A stretch of 63,816 nucleotides of DNA, the filler included, from an uncultured Chlamydiae bacterium (GTDB lineage Bacteria; Chlamydiota; Chlamydiia; Chlamydiales; SM23-39): the NCBI GenBank assembly GCA_937899275.1. It is 6 parts of 6 records of this genome, joined end to end, with 100 filler letters (N's around TTAATTAATTAA, not from the genome) between each part and the next. Parts side by side here need not be neighbours in the genome. Positions count along the whole stretch, not along the records: positions 1 to 4,567 come from CALBPE010000089.1; positions 4,668 to 8,758 come from CALBPE010000090.1; positions 8,859 to 10,193 come from CALBPE010000092.1; 3 more parts are not named here. One strand, 5' to 3'. Positions 1-9,241 of the stretch are shown here, piece by piece. Under the pieces are notes generated by a model. The model saw only the letters and a program-made list of their open reading frames with translations, had not been told where the DNA came from and did no database searches. The first letter of the stretch is position 1, and each line of letters opens with the position of its first letter. A program made the translations under genes and the position numbers.

Positions 1-525
1 GAAGAGCGCGGAGCCATTTTTCCTCCAAAAGCGTTCACTAGGCTAATGAACGAGTAAGAAGACGAGCTCATTGCCTGCAAATAACCTTGTCTAGACGTTT
101 CTAAAAGCTGTTTTTTTACCTCAGGAGCATTTGCTAAAGAATGCACTAAAATATCAATGGGACCTGCGTCTTTTTCTACTTCTTCGCTCAGCTCTTTCAT
201 GGCGTAGTTATTGAGCTTTTGGTAGCGTTTATGCGTTTTTACCTCGTCTGGTACATCTTGCATTGTGTCGTAAAGAGCGTCCATTGGATAAACTTTTTCG
301 TAAGACAAAATTGAGCCGTCTTCGTAAGTTCTAGATGCATCGAATTTCCCCGTATTCCAAGAAGTGGTGAAAATTTGGTAGATAGGAGCCCATGAGCCTA
401 AATAGATGGTGGCGCCTTCTGCAAAAAGAGCTTTTGCTATTGCAAAAGCAAACCCCTGATCATCTCCTATGCCTGCGATAAACGCTTAATATCCCTTCAA
501 TGTTTATTGGAGCAGTTGCATACAT
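1..525 (-). pseudogene. fabI: Enoyl-ACP reductase FabI (chlamydial/plant type), 5' end disrupted, runs off window start
   Basis: The frame from 485 down reads AFIAGIGDDQGFAFAIAKAL...DILVHSLANAPEVKKQLLETSRQGYLQAMSSSSYSFISLV, typical of chlamydial FabI. In-frame TAA at 488-486 and 506-504; the ATG at 525 is out of frame. Confidence 0.85.
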
Positions 526-715
526 GGCCTTTGGTAAATCGTGCATTTTGTTGAAGCAAATTTTACCATTAAAAATCTAGGAAAGACTCGTGGAAAAAAG
601 GCGGCTTTCCTAGGATTTTTTTCTGATGTTTCATCGGGCTGTTGTGGCTCAATTTATTTTTACTCTAGTCGGATAAACATAAAAATTATATACATAATTT
701 TTTAGGGCTAGGTGT

Positions 716-1489
716 ATGAGAAAAATTGCCATTGTGAATCAAAAAGGGGGATCGGGAAAAACCACTACAGCGGTTTCTCTAGCGGCCTCTCTTGCAGAGT
801 CTTCTAAACGGGTGCTCCTGATCGATTTAGATCCTCAAGGATCCAGCTCTCTTTGGTTTGGGATAAAAGATCAAGGAAAGCTCTTTTTTGATGTTTTGAC
901 TGCAAGAGCTCCTTTAGAACAAGCGGTGCAGCCTACAAAAATCAAAAATGTCGATTTGATTTCATCCTCGCCTCTTCTTTCTGGAGTGGAAAAAGCTTTA
1001 TATCAAGAGAAAGATGCAGAGCATAACCTAAAACATGCATTTGCCAATATGCAAAGCGCCTCTTGGGATTACGTGTTACTCGATTGCCCGCCTACTTTGG
1101 GGATGCTAGTGCTCAATGCTTTTGTCTTAGCAAAAGAGGTCCTTGTCCCTGTAGAGACCCATGTGATGGCGCTTCACGGTCTTTTACAGCTATTAAAAAC
1201 GATTCAGTTGATCAAAGAAAGGCTCAACCCCTCTTTAGAATTAGGCGGCATTTTAGCCTGTAGAGTCGATATGAGAACAAAGCATTCGAACGAGGTGCTA
1301 GGACAGCTCAGAAATCGTTTTCAAGATAAGCTCTACCAAACGTTTATTCGGGAAAACGTGAAACTTGCTGAAGCTCCTTTACACGTAAAGCCGATTATTC
1401 AGTATGATCCCTCGTGTTATGGCGCTGCAGATTATAGAGCATTGGCTAAGGAGTTGATTTCGCAGGAGGTTTGCGTTGAGCCCGCATAA
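716..1489 (+). CDS. parA: ParA/Soj family ATPase (no adjacent parB)
   Basis: Deviant Walker A NQKGGSGKTTT, LLIDLDPQG, DYVLLDCPP, IRENVKLAEAP. Confidence 0.9.
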   Translation: MRKIAIVNQKGGSGKTTTAVSLAASLAESSKRVLLIDLDPQGSSSLWFGIKDQGKLFFDVLTARAPLEQAVQPTKIKNVDLISSSPLLSGVEKALYQEKDAEHNLKHAFANMQSASWDYVLLDCPPTLGMLVLNAFVLAKEVLVPVETHVMALHGLLQLLKTIQLIKERLNPSLELGGILACRVDMRTKHSNEVLGQLRNRFQDKLYQTFIRENVKLAEAPLHVKPIIQYDPSCYGAADYRALAKELISQEVCVEPA

Positions 1490-1583
1490 ACCGTCTTTTC
1501 CAGCCTTCTGCTGTTAACACCTTTTTAGGCTCTTTAGGTGCTGTTTTACGCGTAGACGCGCCGTCTTTTTGCTGTTTACTCAT
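1446..1583 (-). CDS. Small basic hypothetical protein, 45 aa (MSKQQKDGASTRKTAPKEPKKVLTAEGWKRRFMRAQRKPPAKSTP)
   Basis: Translated by hand. ATG at 1583 preceded by a GAGAGGGG SD-like sequence and a sigma70-type promoter; TAG at 1448-1446. Not in the ORF track. Confidence 0.65.
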   Translation of the reverse strand: MSKQQKDGASTRKTAPKEPKKVLTAEGWKRRFMRAQRKPPAKSTP

Positions 1584-1603
1584 ACGCTTCCCCCTCTTTA
1601 ATT

Positions 1604-1632
1604 ACCTTAGCTGGCCTGGCTTTCTCTGTCAA
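1604..1632 (-). promoter_or_regulatory. Sigma66/70-type promoter for the 45-aa ORF
   Basis: Minus strand TTGACA-17 bp-TAAGGT about 20 bp upstream of the ATG at 1583. Confidence 0.55.
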
Positions 1633-1912
1633 TGCAATGCGCTTTATCCTAAGAGCTCTTGGCACAAGAATCCTACAGAAGTGATCGCAGCTACAGGAGC
1701 TATAGTAATCGATAAAATGCCTCTTTGTTACTCATGATACGGTATAAATATTCCCTTTCAATATTATATATAAATAAAATATAAAATTATATTTTTATTT
1801 ATATATTTATTTTTTAATTAAAATGAACTAGATAAAAAGAGCTGATAAATAGCTGGTAGGAGAAGGCAATTTTTTGTATAGTGACATCTGTAAAGTGCAT
1901 GTCGAGGCTGTT

Positions 1913-2857
1913 TTGCAATATACTAGCGTAGCTCCTTTTCTCAACCATCTACAGAAGTCTTCTCAAGAGCATCTTCTATCTGTTTATACGATCTTTATAA
2001 AAGATCTTTTTGAGGGAAAATACCTAGCCGGAAAAATCCTCGAATACTCCAAGGTAAAACCGGTTTATCTCTCTTCTTTTGAAGAGACGATTTCCTATAT
2101 GCAAGAGGGCTCTTTATTTATCTCTTCTGAGGTGATGGTCGCTACTTTAGGCCGTTTATCTACAAAAGAGAGCCGCCTTTTAGAAAAGGCAGCGCGCTCT
2201 TACGCAGCTTCTGACAAAGGAAAAGCCGTTTTTATTTTTACAGAAAAAGTTCTTCCCTTCGTTTTTCAGGAAATCGGAGCTGTTCTCGATCTTCTAGGAG
2301 GAAAGAGATGGGATGTAGAAAAAAGGCGCTCTTTCTACCTGCAAGAAAGGGCTAAAAAACGGGCAACGGCACTTCATCCAACAGCTTTAAGCGCGCTTTT
2401 CAAAAGCTCTGATTTAGATCTACCGAGGCTATTTTCTGTAGCAGATGCGTTATTTTCCTACACCTTGGGACGGCAAATCATTACACAAGAAGATGTAAAG
2501 AAAGTGGCGCTTTCTACGGTAGAGCAGTCGGTTTGGCAAAAAGCGGAGCGGTTTGTATGGGAGAAAAAACCGGTTTTAGTGGATAAAAGCGCGTTTTCTT
2601 TATTTTTTATCGCCTTAAGAAAGCAGATGCAGATGGGATACATCCTTTCTTTATTTGCTGATCCTATGGAGGGAAAAGCGCTTTTTCCTAAAGTATGGCC
2701 TAGCCTATTTGAAACTAGAGCAAGGCAGGTCAAGCGGTTGGGAAAGTCGTATTTTCTTCGAGGAAGAAAAGCTGTTTTTTCAGCAGAATATACCTTTAGA
2801 ACAACTGGGGTATTTGACCCCTTTCACCTATACGCACATGTTCATTTTACTTCCTAA
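1913..2857 (+). CDS. holA: Divergent DNA polymerase III delta subunit-like protein
   Basis: Size about 315 aa; C-terminal ITQEDVKKV...SVWQKAE pattern; position directly upstream of rsmI as in Chlamydia CT047-CT048. Start is uncertain (TTG 1913 or 1874). Confidence 0.6.
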   Translation: MQYTSVAPFLNHLQKSSQEHLLSVYTIFIKDLFEGKYLAGKILEYSKVKPVYLSSFEETISYMQEGSLFISSEVMVATLGRLSTKESRLLEKAARSYAASDKGKAVFIFTEKVLPFVFQEIGAVLDLLGGKRWDVEKRRSFYLQERAKKRATALHPTALSALFKSSDLDLPRLFSVADALFSYTLGRQIITQEDVKKVALSTVEQSVWQKAERFVWEKKPVLVDKSAFSLFFIALRKQMQMGYILSLFADPMEGKALFPKVWPSLFETRARQVKRLGKSYFLRGRKAVFSAEYTFRTTGVFDPFHLYAHVHFTS

Positions 2858-3539
2858 CGTACTGCATCCAGATGGTTTTGATCAGCTGCCTATAGCTCTT
2901 CGTAAAACAGTAGAAACTATTGATATTCTGTTAGCGGAGAGTTATTCCTCTGCTAGAAGGTACTTAAAACATTTACAAATCCATCTTCCCATTGAGATTT
3001 ACAATAAGCATACGCCTTTGAGCGTTTTACAAGATCTTGCATGTGATATGAAAAAAGGCACCTCATTTGGATTGATTTCTGATGCGGGGCTTCCAGCGAT
3101 AGCCGATCCTGGCAGTAAGCTTGTCGCTTTATGCCATATCCATGGTATTGCAGTTTCTGTATGCGGCGCTCTTTCATCGATTGACGCTGCTTTGATGCTA
3201 TCGGGTTTTTCAGGAAACCGCTTTAGTTTTGTCGGATACCTACCAAAAAAGTCTGTGGATAGCAAAAAAGAGATAAAGCGCATCGAAAGTAGAGCAGAAA
3301 AAGAAGCTTCTTCTCAAATCTTTATTGAAACGCCTTATAGAGCAGAAAAACTCTACGACCTACTGTTAGATACATTAAAAGAAGATACGTATCTTTTCAT
3401 AGGAAAGAACCTCGGCTCTTTTTCTCCCTACGCGCGCTCTTGTACGGTGCAGCAGTGGAGAAAAACCACTGTAGAGTGGAAAAAAGAGCCTACAATTTTT
3501 CTTCTCTTTAGAGGTGATTTTTTTTCTAGCCAAACCTAA
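2838..3539 (+). CDS. rsmI: 16S rRNA C1402 2'-O-methyltransferase RsmI-like (tetrapyrrole methylase family)
   Basis: GLISDAGLPAIADPG, LSGFSGNRFSFVGYLP, QIFIETPYR; probable start ATG 2838 (MFILLPNVL). Confidence 0.85.
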   Translation: MFILLPNVLHPDGFDQLPIALRKTVETIDILLAESYSSARRYLKHLQIHLPIEIYNKHTPLSVLQDLACDMKKGTSFGLISDAGLPAIADPGSKLVALCHIHGIAVSVCGALSSIDAALMLSGFSGNRFSFVGYLPKKSVDSKKEIKRIESRAEKEASSQIFIETPYRAEKLYDLLLDTLKEDTYLFIGKNLGSFSPYARSCTVQQWRKTTVEWKKEPTIFLLFRGDFFSSQT

Positions 3540-3602
3540 CCCGAATTTGATAAGACGGAAATTAAGAGACCAATCACGATGTATCGCTAAAGAGGAGGGG
3601 AT

Positions 3603-4022
3603 ATGATTAGAAAAGGCCAGCGCGTGGAGCTAGAGTATTCAGTGTTTTTAGAAGATGGGAAGGTAATTGATAGCAACGTAGGTGAAAACCCTCTTGCATT
3701 TCAACTAGGGATGCACCAGATTTTACCCGCTTTAGAAGATGTCGTGCAAGATCTAGGCAAAGGCGATAGCAAAAGAATCACATTAGATCCACAAGATGCC
3801 TATGGAGAAATTGATCCTAGCGCCTTTCGTGAAGTGGATGCAGCAGCGATTCCAGAGGATTTGCGGTATGTTGGCGCTGTTTTAGGCGTGCAAGACGATG
3901 AAGGCAATCAATACCGGATTCGGATTGAATCGATTGCTGAAGGCACTGCCATCATCGATTTTAACCATCCTTTAGCGGGGAAAAAGCTCACATTTGAAAT
4001 GCGCATTATTGATGTGCAGTAA
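3603..4022 (+). CDS. slyD: FKBP-type peptidyl-prolyl isomerase (SlyD/FkpB type, no His-rich tail)
   Basis: VELEYSV...DGKVIDS, PQDAYG, IDFNHPLAGKKLTF; GAGGAGG SD. Confidence 0.9.
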   Translation: MIRKGQRVELEYSVFLEDGKVIDSNVGENPLAFQLGMHQILPALEDVVQDLGKGDSKRITLDPQDAYGEIDPSAFREVDAAAIPEDLRYVGAVLGVQDDEGNQYRIRIESIAEGTAIIDFNHPLAGKKLTFEMRIIDVQ

Positions 4023-4567
4023 GCTTTTCTAAAACGGTATCGTAAAAAAGCGCTCCTTTTTCTGTAAGCGCTATTCTTTGGTTTGTTTTTGCAAGAAGCT
4101 GCATGCAAAGAAGCGTTTCTATCCCGTTTTTCAGCTCTTTTTTAAGAGGGGAAAAGCGTTTTTCAAAAGCGGGAAGGTCGACTCCGGCAAGCAGCCGTAA
4201 ATGCAGGGCAAATAGCTCAGGTTGCCTTGTTTGCAGAGCGCTTTTTTCAGTAAAAGATACCGGCTTTACCCCTTTTTCCACTGTAGAAAGGTAAGGAGTT
4301 AGGCTGCGGATATTGCCCCATCTTGTTCCATCGATGTAACTATGTGCAGAAGGGCCGAGGCCGAGGTAATTTCTGCCTGTCCAGTAACCGGTGGTGTGCC
4401 TAGAAAACTGTCCATTTTTTGCAAAAGAAGAGATTTCATAGCGGTTAAACCCGTAGCTTTTCAGCGTGCTGTTGATTTTATGTAATAAACCCAAGCTGAC
4501 CTTTTCACTTGGCTTCTGGGGTTTTTCGAGAAAAAAGGGGGTGTTTTCTTCAATAGTTAGGTAGTTG
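4006..4567 (-). CDS. hemW: Radical SAM HemN/HemW family protein, 3' part (truncated at contig end)
   Basis: Frame open to the contig edge: YLTIEENTPF, RYEISSFAK, YWTGRNYLGLGPSAHS, LTEKG. Confidence 0.85.
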
Positions 4568-4667
4568 NNNNNNNNNNNNNNNNNNNNNNNNNNNNNNNNN
4601 NNNNNNNNNNNTTAATTAATTAANNNNNNNNNNNNNNNNNNNNNNNNNNNNNNNNNNNNNNNNNNNN
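4568..4667. other. Artificial contig linker
   Basis: N44-TTAATTAATTAA-N44, a six-frame stop spacer. Confidence 0.99.
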
Positions 4668-4730
4668 TGCTATTGGATTTGCGTTGGAACTAGATCCGGT
4701 AAATAATGGGGATCCTACTGGTGTAGCCAT
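4668..4730 (-). CDS. 5' start of a hypothetical protein, truncated by contig end (MATPVGSPLFTGSSSNANPIA...)
   Basis: ATG at 4730 with AGGAG SD; Ser/Pro/Thr-rich N-terminus. Confidence 0.45.
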
Positions 4731-5218
4731 AAGTATACTCCTACATTTAAAATAAATACGTGACACTTTACATATGTTCAGACTTTTGTAAAACTATTTT
4801 TTTGTTTTTTTTGAGTAATCAATTGTTGAAGGCAAATCATGCCAGGGTATAGCTCCGAGAGTAATGGGATCTTGACGGTGTTTCTGAAAATTATTTAAAA
4901 GAAATTCTAGACGGTCAAATGACGTTAGACTAGCTGGAGTTGTAATAGAAAAAATAGTTTGAAAATTACACTAAGCGCTCAGTCACTTGATTGATGCCTC
5001 ATATGCAAGTGTTGTGAGGTTTCCTAAATGTATACTCGATTAAGTTGTTTTTTCGTAAAAAGTTTTGTTGACATTTTGTGCGGTAGAAATTCAGTATAGT
5101 TTCATTTTAAAATAGGAGGTGCATTATTACTATTTCCCATAATCTCCCAGCTTTAAATGAGCATATTGATTTAACCCTTAAGGAAGGCTACCTTTACTCC
5201 GCTGGAAATACTAACTGT

Positions 5219-6541
5219 ATGGACCTAGGCTCGGATACCAAAGAGACAGACGAGGCTATCAAAAAGACACAGCTATATGTCAGGAAATTTGTTTTAAGCC
5301 CCTTGTCTAAACCATTTCTTTTTCGGTTTTTGCCTGTTCATGACTTGCAGAATTTGTGTGTTGCTATAGCTTCTTCGAGTTCACAGGATGCTGTTGAAGA
5401 CTCTAGCAAGGGCCCTGTTGAGAACTCTCGTGTGCTCTATGTAAATGGCCAGAAGATTCCCGTTTGTGTAGATAGTGAACCTACTTACAGCTCTACTTCA
5501 AGTTGTTATCCTCGTCGCAAGTCTGCTTGTGGTGGCTTGATTCTCAATCAGTATAGAGTCTTTAAGCCCTCCAAATTGTCTTACTTATTTCCGCTTTTTT
5601 TTCCTAAATTAGTCAAGGCGAGAAAAAAAACCGCAAACCTTTTCATTCGTATGTGTGCAGGGCTGAATCATCTAGATTTTCTCAAAGATGAAAAGCCTCA
5701 AAGCCTGTCATACAAGCGCTTGATGCCGGAGAATGTGCTTTTGGCGATATTTAAAAATATGAGTTCCCGTGGATTCGGTGAAGAGAAAGCCCAATTTCCT
5801 AGGATTCAAGCGAGGTTAGTGAGTTATTTAACGAGATTTCCTAAAAAAACACAAACTACTCAGAAGAATGTGGATTCGCGAAAAAAACAAACTACTCAGA
5901 AAGATGTGGACCTACAAGATAACTTGGGAAAAATAGAAGATTTTTTTCTTAAGTTATTTCCTGAGCAAGATAGCGAAATTCAGGAAGATTTGAAAAAAAA
6001 GTTGGAATTAACCGAAGCATTGTATGAACTTTTACAAATGCGGATTAAGAATTTTTTTCCAATTCCATTAGCTGCGTTTATTAGTCATAGTGAAAGCGAA
6101 AATTGTCAAGATAAGCTGGATCAGGTACGTGCGCAAGAAACACATCCTGAGGAAGGAGCCTTACAAGATTTGCTAGAAAAAGTGGAGTGTCATTTACAAT
6201 TATGGGATAGTAATGAGCCTAAATACATAGCGCGCTACCAGATAATTAACCTAGACCAGTCTAGGGAAATAATAGATCTTTTTACAAAATGGAAAAAACA
6301 TAAACAAGCAATCGATAGAATAAAACAGGTAGCTGTTTTTACATCTGCTGTAAAGCAGTTCAAGAGCCGTGTAACCCTACAAAATTCTATGTCTGATGAG
6401 CTGCAGAAAGAGCAAGAACGACTAGAAAAGCGGCTCGAAGAATTGACAGATGATAGCCTACCAAACATAGTATTTTTTAATCCTGTCCGCCGTATATTAG
6501 ATGAAACGGGAAAAAGATTGGATGCATTAGCCTCCTCTTAA
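5219..6541 (+). CDS. Hypothetical protein with C-terminal coiled coil (candidate effector); may start upstream at ATT 5126
   Basis: 440-aa ORF with no recognised family; frame stays open up to an AGGAGG SD at 5114-5119. Confidence 0.7.
   Translation: MDLGSDTKETDEAIKKTQLYVRKFVLSPLSKPFLFRFLPVHDLQNLCVAIASSSSQDAVEDSSKGPVENSRVLYVNGQKIPVCVDSEPTYSSTSSCYPRRKSACGGLILNQYRVFKPSKLSYLFPLFFPKLVKARKKTANLFIRMCAGLNHLDFLKDEKPQSLSYKRLMPENVLLAIFKNMSSRGFGEEKAQFPRIQARLVSYLTRFPKKTQTTQKNVDSRKKQTTQKDVDLQDNLGKIEDFFLKLFPEQDSEIQEDLKKKLELTEALYELLQMRIKNFFPIPLAAFISHSESENCQDKLDQVRAQETHPEEGALQDLLEKVECHLQLWDSNEPKYIARYQIINLDQSREIIDLFTKWKKHKQAIDRIKQVAVFTSAVKQFKSRVTLQNSMSDELQKEQERLEKRLEELTDDSLPNIVFFNPVRRILDETGKRLDALASS
5851..5910 (+). 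repeat. In-frame 36-bp-period tandem duplication (QTTQKNVD/QTTQKDVD)
   Basis: acaaactactcagaa...atgtgga occurs at 5851 and 5887. Confidence 0.8.
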
Positions 6542-6669
6542 ACCAGGGATTGTGGTTTTTTCGGCAATATATACAGTGCGGTGTGCCTGCGGCCTTTGCT
6601 ACAGACCAGAAAGGTACACCAATTTTATAAGATTTTTTGTATTTGCACGTGGAGCGCCCCCATCTAAAA

Positions 6670-8758
6670 TCAAGAGGACTGTATTTTACGTCGAATTTTG
6701 CGGGTATAAGAGGTTAAGTTCTGCGCAGTACGGTCGAGAGCATCCCATGCATATGCAGTCCCTGTCTGGATTAAAGCGGCGGGTGCAATTACAATGAAAA
6801 GAGCGGCGCTTTTGATCAAAAGAAAAGCGGTAGGTAGTTTTTTTCTAGGGTTTTTATGCAAGAACTGGGCAAATAGCTTAGATAAGGTAGACTGAACGGT
6901 TGAACGGGTTGCCGAGACGATAGTATTTGCAAGTTCAATAGGGGCGGTAATAGGGATTAAAAAAATACTGAACAGGCTTATAACAGCGGTTTGTATCATA
7001 AATCGTTTGGGTAAAAGACGCATTGTTTGTGTGAACGCCCATACGGGTATAGATACTAGCGCCCCTACCACATGACAAGTACTTGCAAATAGGCGGTGCA
7101 TAGTACCGATAGTGATGGCTGCATATTTTAAGATCTTTGTAGATAATTCAGGTCTGTTTTCACAAAGTTTTTTTATCAAAGAAGGGTTTTTATTATACGA
7201 GGCATAGAGTAATTGGGAAAAGATGATCAGCCAGTGCTCATCAGCAAGTTGTTTAGAGCTATTAGATACTAAATGACCCTGTGCAAATAATTTTAAAGGG
7301 TGTTGCATGAATATATCACAGATCTTGTCTGCCTTCTGGTTTTTAGGGTAATACTGAAGAAGTTTTTGTAAGATAGATACCTTTTGATTGGTTTTAGGGT
7401 CGATTAGGTCATAGGTCTCAGAAGATAAGGTAGCCTCTATCATAGAATCGATCTGCGTTTTATTGAATTGAGCGAGAAAAGAAGGCTGCAGCATCTGGTC
7501 TAAAAGTAAAGGAACCTGTTTATAAGCCCATAGCTTAGAAAGGGTAAAATGCGCGGTTTTTAAAGTCTTGCTGAAATAATGCATGCCAGGCCAATTGTAA
7601 GGAGAGCTCTTCTTTATATCGTCAAAGGTGTTTCCAAAGGGGTTTCCAGTAGAGCTTGCTAAATAAGCTGCTTGAACAAAGATTGTGATTAATTCTTTTT
7701 TATGTGTTTCTTTATCTTTTTCACTGCTTAAGTTTGGCGCTAAGAGGCTTTTTATTGCAGGCTGAAGATCTAGCATATAGTCTTTAACTTGATCGATTGC
7801 TCGAAGAGCTTTGATAGCCGTATACAGCTTATAATATGCTTTAGTACTGGCAGAGTCATGTGAGAAACTCAAGGAGAAATCGTCTCTACTGAGTATTTTC
7901 ATGGAGCGTTCAATTGCATCTAATTGCATTAACTGATGTTTAATTTTCTTCTGAACTGCAGGAGCATCAAAATCTAGCTGCCATCTTTGCCCCTGTAGCA
8001 GCTCGCTATCTTTTGTACTATTTTCTAGCCAGATAGGGAGCCTATCTTGCAGTATTGTATTTGCTGTCGATGAAAAATTTTCTTCAAGAAAACTGAATTT
8101 TTCTTCAGCTACGGATCTAAATGGATACGAGATGGAGCGAGTTTTCTGCGCCTGACGCATTTGCATTTTTATCATGCGTAAATTGATCTTGATCCTAGTA
8201 CAAAGAAGCGTTGTCTTTTCTATCGAGTTGTTTACATCCTTTAGACTATTGAGGTCTTGTTCAGCTTGGGAGAGTGCAGGGTACACAGATTGAAAAAACG
8301 CGTAATCTATGTTTAGGTCTTTTAACCGGGTAGAGGCTTTATAAAGATCATAATGATAACCAGAATACATTGTTTGTAATTGCTCAAGAGTCTGTTTGAT
8401 GTGGTTTAGCTCTTTAGGGATCTCTTTTTGATCTATAGTAGTGTCTTGCGGGTGCTTTTTTAGGAACTCTAGCTTTTGTTTCACTTTCGAGAGCGCAGGG
8501 TAGACAGATCGAAGAAGAGTGTTTTGTAATGTCAAATTTCTTTGGGTAGAAGACAGATTAGTCTGTTCCTTATTTTCCTTCATATCTTCAATAGAGCTAT
8601 CTCTGACAGGAAGGTCAGCTGTATGATTAGAGCGAGCTACAGATTGTAAGTGCTTTCTTTCTAAGAGGAGTCTTTCTAAAGATGTTTTAATCTGAGCTAT
8701 TTTGAGAGGTATATGATCAAACTTTAAGGAGAAATCTGGGTAACGGCTCTTTAGCTCA
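6670..8758 (-). CDS. Large hypothetical coiled-coil protein with C-terminal hydrophobic segments, 5'-truncated
   Basis: Frame is open from 8583 to the contig edge; internal SVYPALS repeat; hydrophobic C-terminal region. Confidence 0.75.
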
Positions 8759-8858
8759 NNNNNNNNNNNNNNNNNNNNNNNNNNNNNNNNNNNNNNNNNN
8801 NNTTAATTAATTAANNNNNNNNNNNNNNNNNNNNNNNNNNNNNNNNNNNNNNNNNNNN
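8759..8858. other. Artificial contig linker
   Basis: N44-TTAATTAATTAA-N44. Confidence 0.99.
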
Positions 8859-8885
8859 TTAGCTGTTATGGCGTGGTATCCTGAG

Positions 8886-9236
8886 TTACAAACTCAGGAT
8901 AGCGGGGAGATCCGGCGACTTAAAAGAGTACTCTACATCACTACAAGCAATCACTGCTGTTGCGTCTCTATAAGAGTCGATGCCCAGTATCATTTGAGGA
9001 AAATTTACACAACCTTCATCTTCGCCATCAATGCCCTCTTGAAAATTATGCACACTACGGAATAACCATCTTTTTTTGTCTGCTTTATTATTGTTAGGTC
9101 CAATATCTATTGTCAAAGTGTTTTCAATAGCGTTGTAGCGTAGATCGTAAAGATAGAACCAATGGGGGTTACTCCCGATAAGATGCTTTTCCAGCAAATA
9201 GAAGCTTGGTCTTTTCTTTTCAACCTTTAAATGCAT
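8886..9236 (-). CDS. Putative immunity protein (116 aa)
   Basis: Small ORF with an acidic patch, starting 5 nt after the stop of the toxin-like gene. Confidence 0.55.
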   Translation of the reverse strand: MHLKVEKKRPSFYLLEKHLIGSNPHWFYLYDLRYNAIENTLTIDIGPNNNKADKKRWLFRSVHNFQEGIDGEDEGCVNFPQMILGIDSYRDATAVIACSDVEYSFKSPDLPAILSL

Positions 9237-9241
9237 ATTGA

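Noticed and set aside
1760..1824. oriC next to parA
   Set aside because: No DnaA boxes seen and the flanking genes are not those of the known chlamydial origin; kept only as a low-interest AT-rich element.
2655..2837. Long N-terminal extension of RsmI overlapping holA
   Set aside because: Family similarity begins at ATG 2838; the upstream part is an open-frame artefact.
4568..4667. Recurrent TTAATTAATTAA flanked by Ns (five times) as a biological repeat
   Set aside because: Identical 100-bp artificial contig spacer. ORFs running into it (10015-10245, 10238-10489 and the X-containing ends of gapA and pheT) are artefacts or truncations.
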